DNA of 64,000 nucleotides from Chlamydiota bacterium (GTDB lineage Bacteria; Chlamydiota; Chlamydiia; Chlamydiales; SM23-39): NCBI GenBank assembly GCA_027451825.1, contig DAIDHZ010000001.1, positions 29,942 to 93,941 of the forward strand, read 5' to 3'. Shown piece by piece: positions 62,987 to 64,000 of this stretch (position 1 is its first letter; each line of letters starts with the position of its first letter). The notes under the pieces were generated by a model. It saw only the letters and a program-made list of their open reading frames with translations, ran no database searches and was not told where the DNA came from. The position numbers and the translations under genes were made by a program.

Positions 62987-64000
62987 CTCTTCGCTTCCTC
63001 GATAAACAAGTCCTTTTTGAGGATCTAAGGTGATCTCTTCGCCTTTTTGCAAAATAGACATTGCGCCTTGAGCACGAATGACAAATGAGCCTTGCAAATT
63101 CCGCATTTCCATCTCAAGATACTGCTCCGATAATCGATCCTCTAAACTATTTTGCAAAATAATTCCTTTTGCTTTTTTCAAAACATTCAAAAACGTGTGA
63201 TCGCAGTGCGTCAAAACAACAATTTTTCCCCGAATTTGATCCTCGGCAATCTCTGGAGATGTGACAAAAAGAACTTGGCCTGTCACTTTATGACCTTCTC
63301 CTTTCAAAGCTCTTAGCAAAACATCCCCAACACTCTCCACAAACATGAAGTTCATCACCCCTTTTTGTCCAAAAGGAGTTCCTGCTGTCACCACGATCAC
63401 ATCCCCAAATGCAATGATCCCTTCATCCATTGCAAAACGGGCTGCTTTTTGAAACGCTTGTTCAGAATTTGTACATTCAGGACAAAAAATAGGAATGACT
63501 CCCCAACTCAAACTAAGCTGATGAAAGTGTTTTTCTTCTCTTGTCACTGCAATCACCGGCATTTGAGGTCTTAAACGAGAGACAAAACGAGTCGTTTCTC
63601 GACTGGTTGTGATCGAAAAAATCGCTTTTGCATTCGCGCTATACGCTGTACGAACGGCAGCTAAAGCTAAAGAAGAAGCGATCCCTACACAATCTCTTAA
63701 AGAAATCTCTTCAAAAAAGTGGCGGTAATTAAAATCGTCTTCTGCCTCTTTTGCAATTTTTTTCATGCATTGCACCGTTTCAATCGGGTACTGCCCTACC
63801 GCTGTCTCTGCAGAGAGCATCGTCGCAGAACTTCCGTCATAAATGGCATTGGCAACGTCAGAAACTTCTGCTCTTGTAGGACGAGGATGTGTAATCATCG
63901 ACTCTAACATCTGAGTCGCTGTAATGACGGGTTTTGAAGCAAAGCAACATTTCCGAATGATTTTTTTTTGCAAAGGAGGCACGAGCGCCAAATCAAGCTC
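62957..64000 (-). CDS. pyk: Pyruvate kinase, 3' two thirds (5' end outside the window), with a C-terminal PEP-utilizer-like extra domain
   Basis: [13 protein letters not shown]...[16 protein letters not shown]...[12 protein letters not shown]. An additional ~100-aa tail, GKIVVL...KGIILQ...[13 protein letters not shown], follows the C domain. Confidence 0.93.

Overview
The window is a gene-dense, low-GC chromosomal segment that looks like an environmental member of the Chlamydiae. That assignment rests on gene content and order: cdaA-ybbR-lpxL/htrB linkage, an Inc-like bilobed membrane protein, MORN and HEAT repeat proteins, DhnA-type aldolase and PagL. It is an inference, not a database hit. 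I support about 60 protein-coding genes and 2 tRNAs (Ser-UGA, Val-GAC). I found no rRNA, CRISPR array, transposase or prophage. Housekeeping blocks are tRNA-Val/thrS-like/infC/rpmI/rplT/pheS/tRNA-Ser; nusB-murB-PHP-folC; glmS; fbaB-rlmI-rimO; oppB-oppC-oppDF; cdaA-cdaR-GT-lpxL; and rsmE/pyk. Four things deserve a second look. (1) Two large orphan proteins, the 737-aa ORF at 22044 and the MORN-repeat ORF at 47082, share a C-terminal domain I could not assign to a family. It has a conserved His, Glu-x-Tyr-Asn-x-Gly, Gln-x4-Cys and LGPD pattern whose spacing resembles CE-clan (Ulp1/YopJ/ChlaDUB-type) cysteine enzymes, so they are candidate paralogous effectors. (2) There are three sequence families of 110-182 bp palindromic MITE/RPE-like elements. 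Two copies sit in-frame inside ORFs (folC and ORF 56241), and family A has at least five copies plus solo arms. (3) A 373-aa degenerate ThrRS relic sits at the ancestral thrS position upstream of infC. (4) Smaller items include an M48-like protein with all metal ligands replaced, a signal-peptide kinase-like protein ATGA-coupled between pitA and an MFS gene, tandem coding repeats, a (TA)8 tract and a CTTACA array in divergent promoters, an RVxF-type C-terminal motif, and a tyrP gene fragment. All function calls come from motifs I read in the translations. No searches were run.
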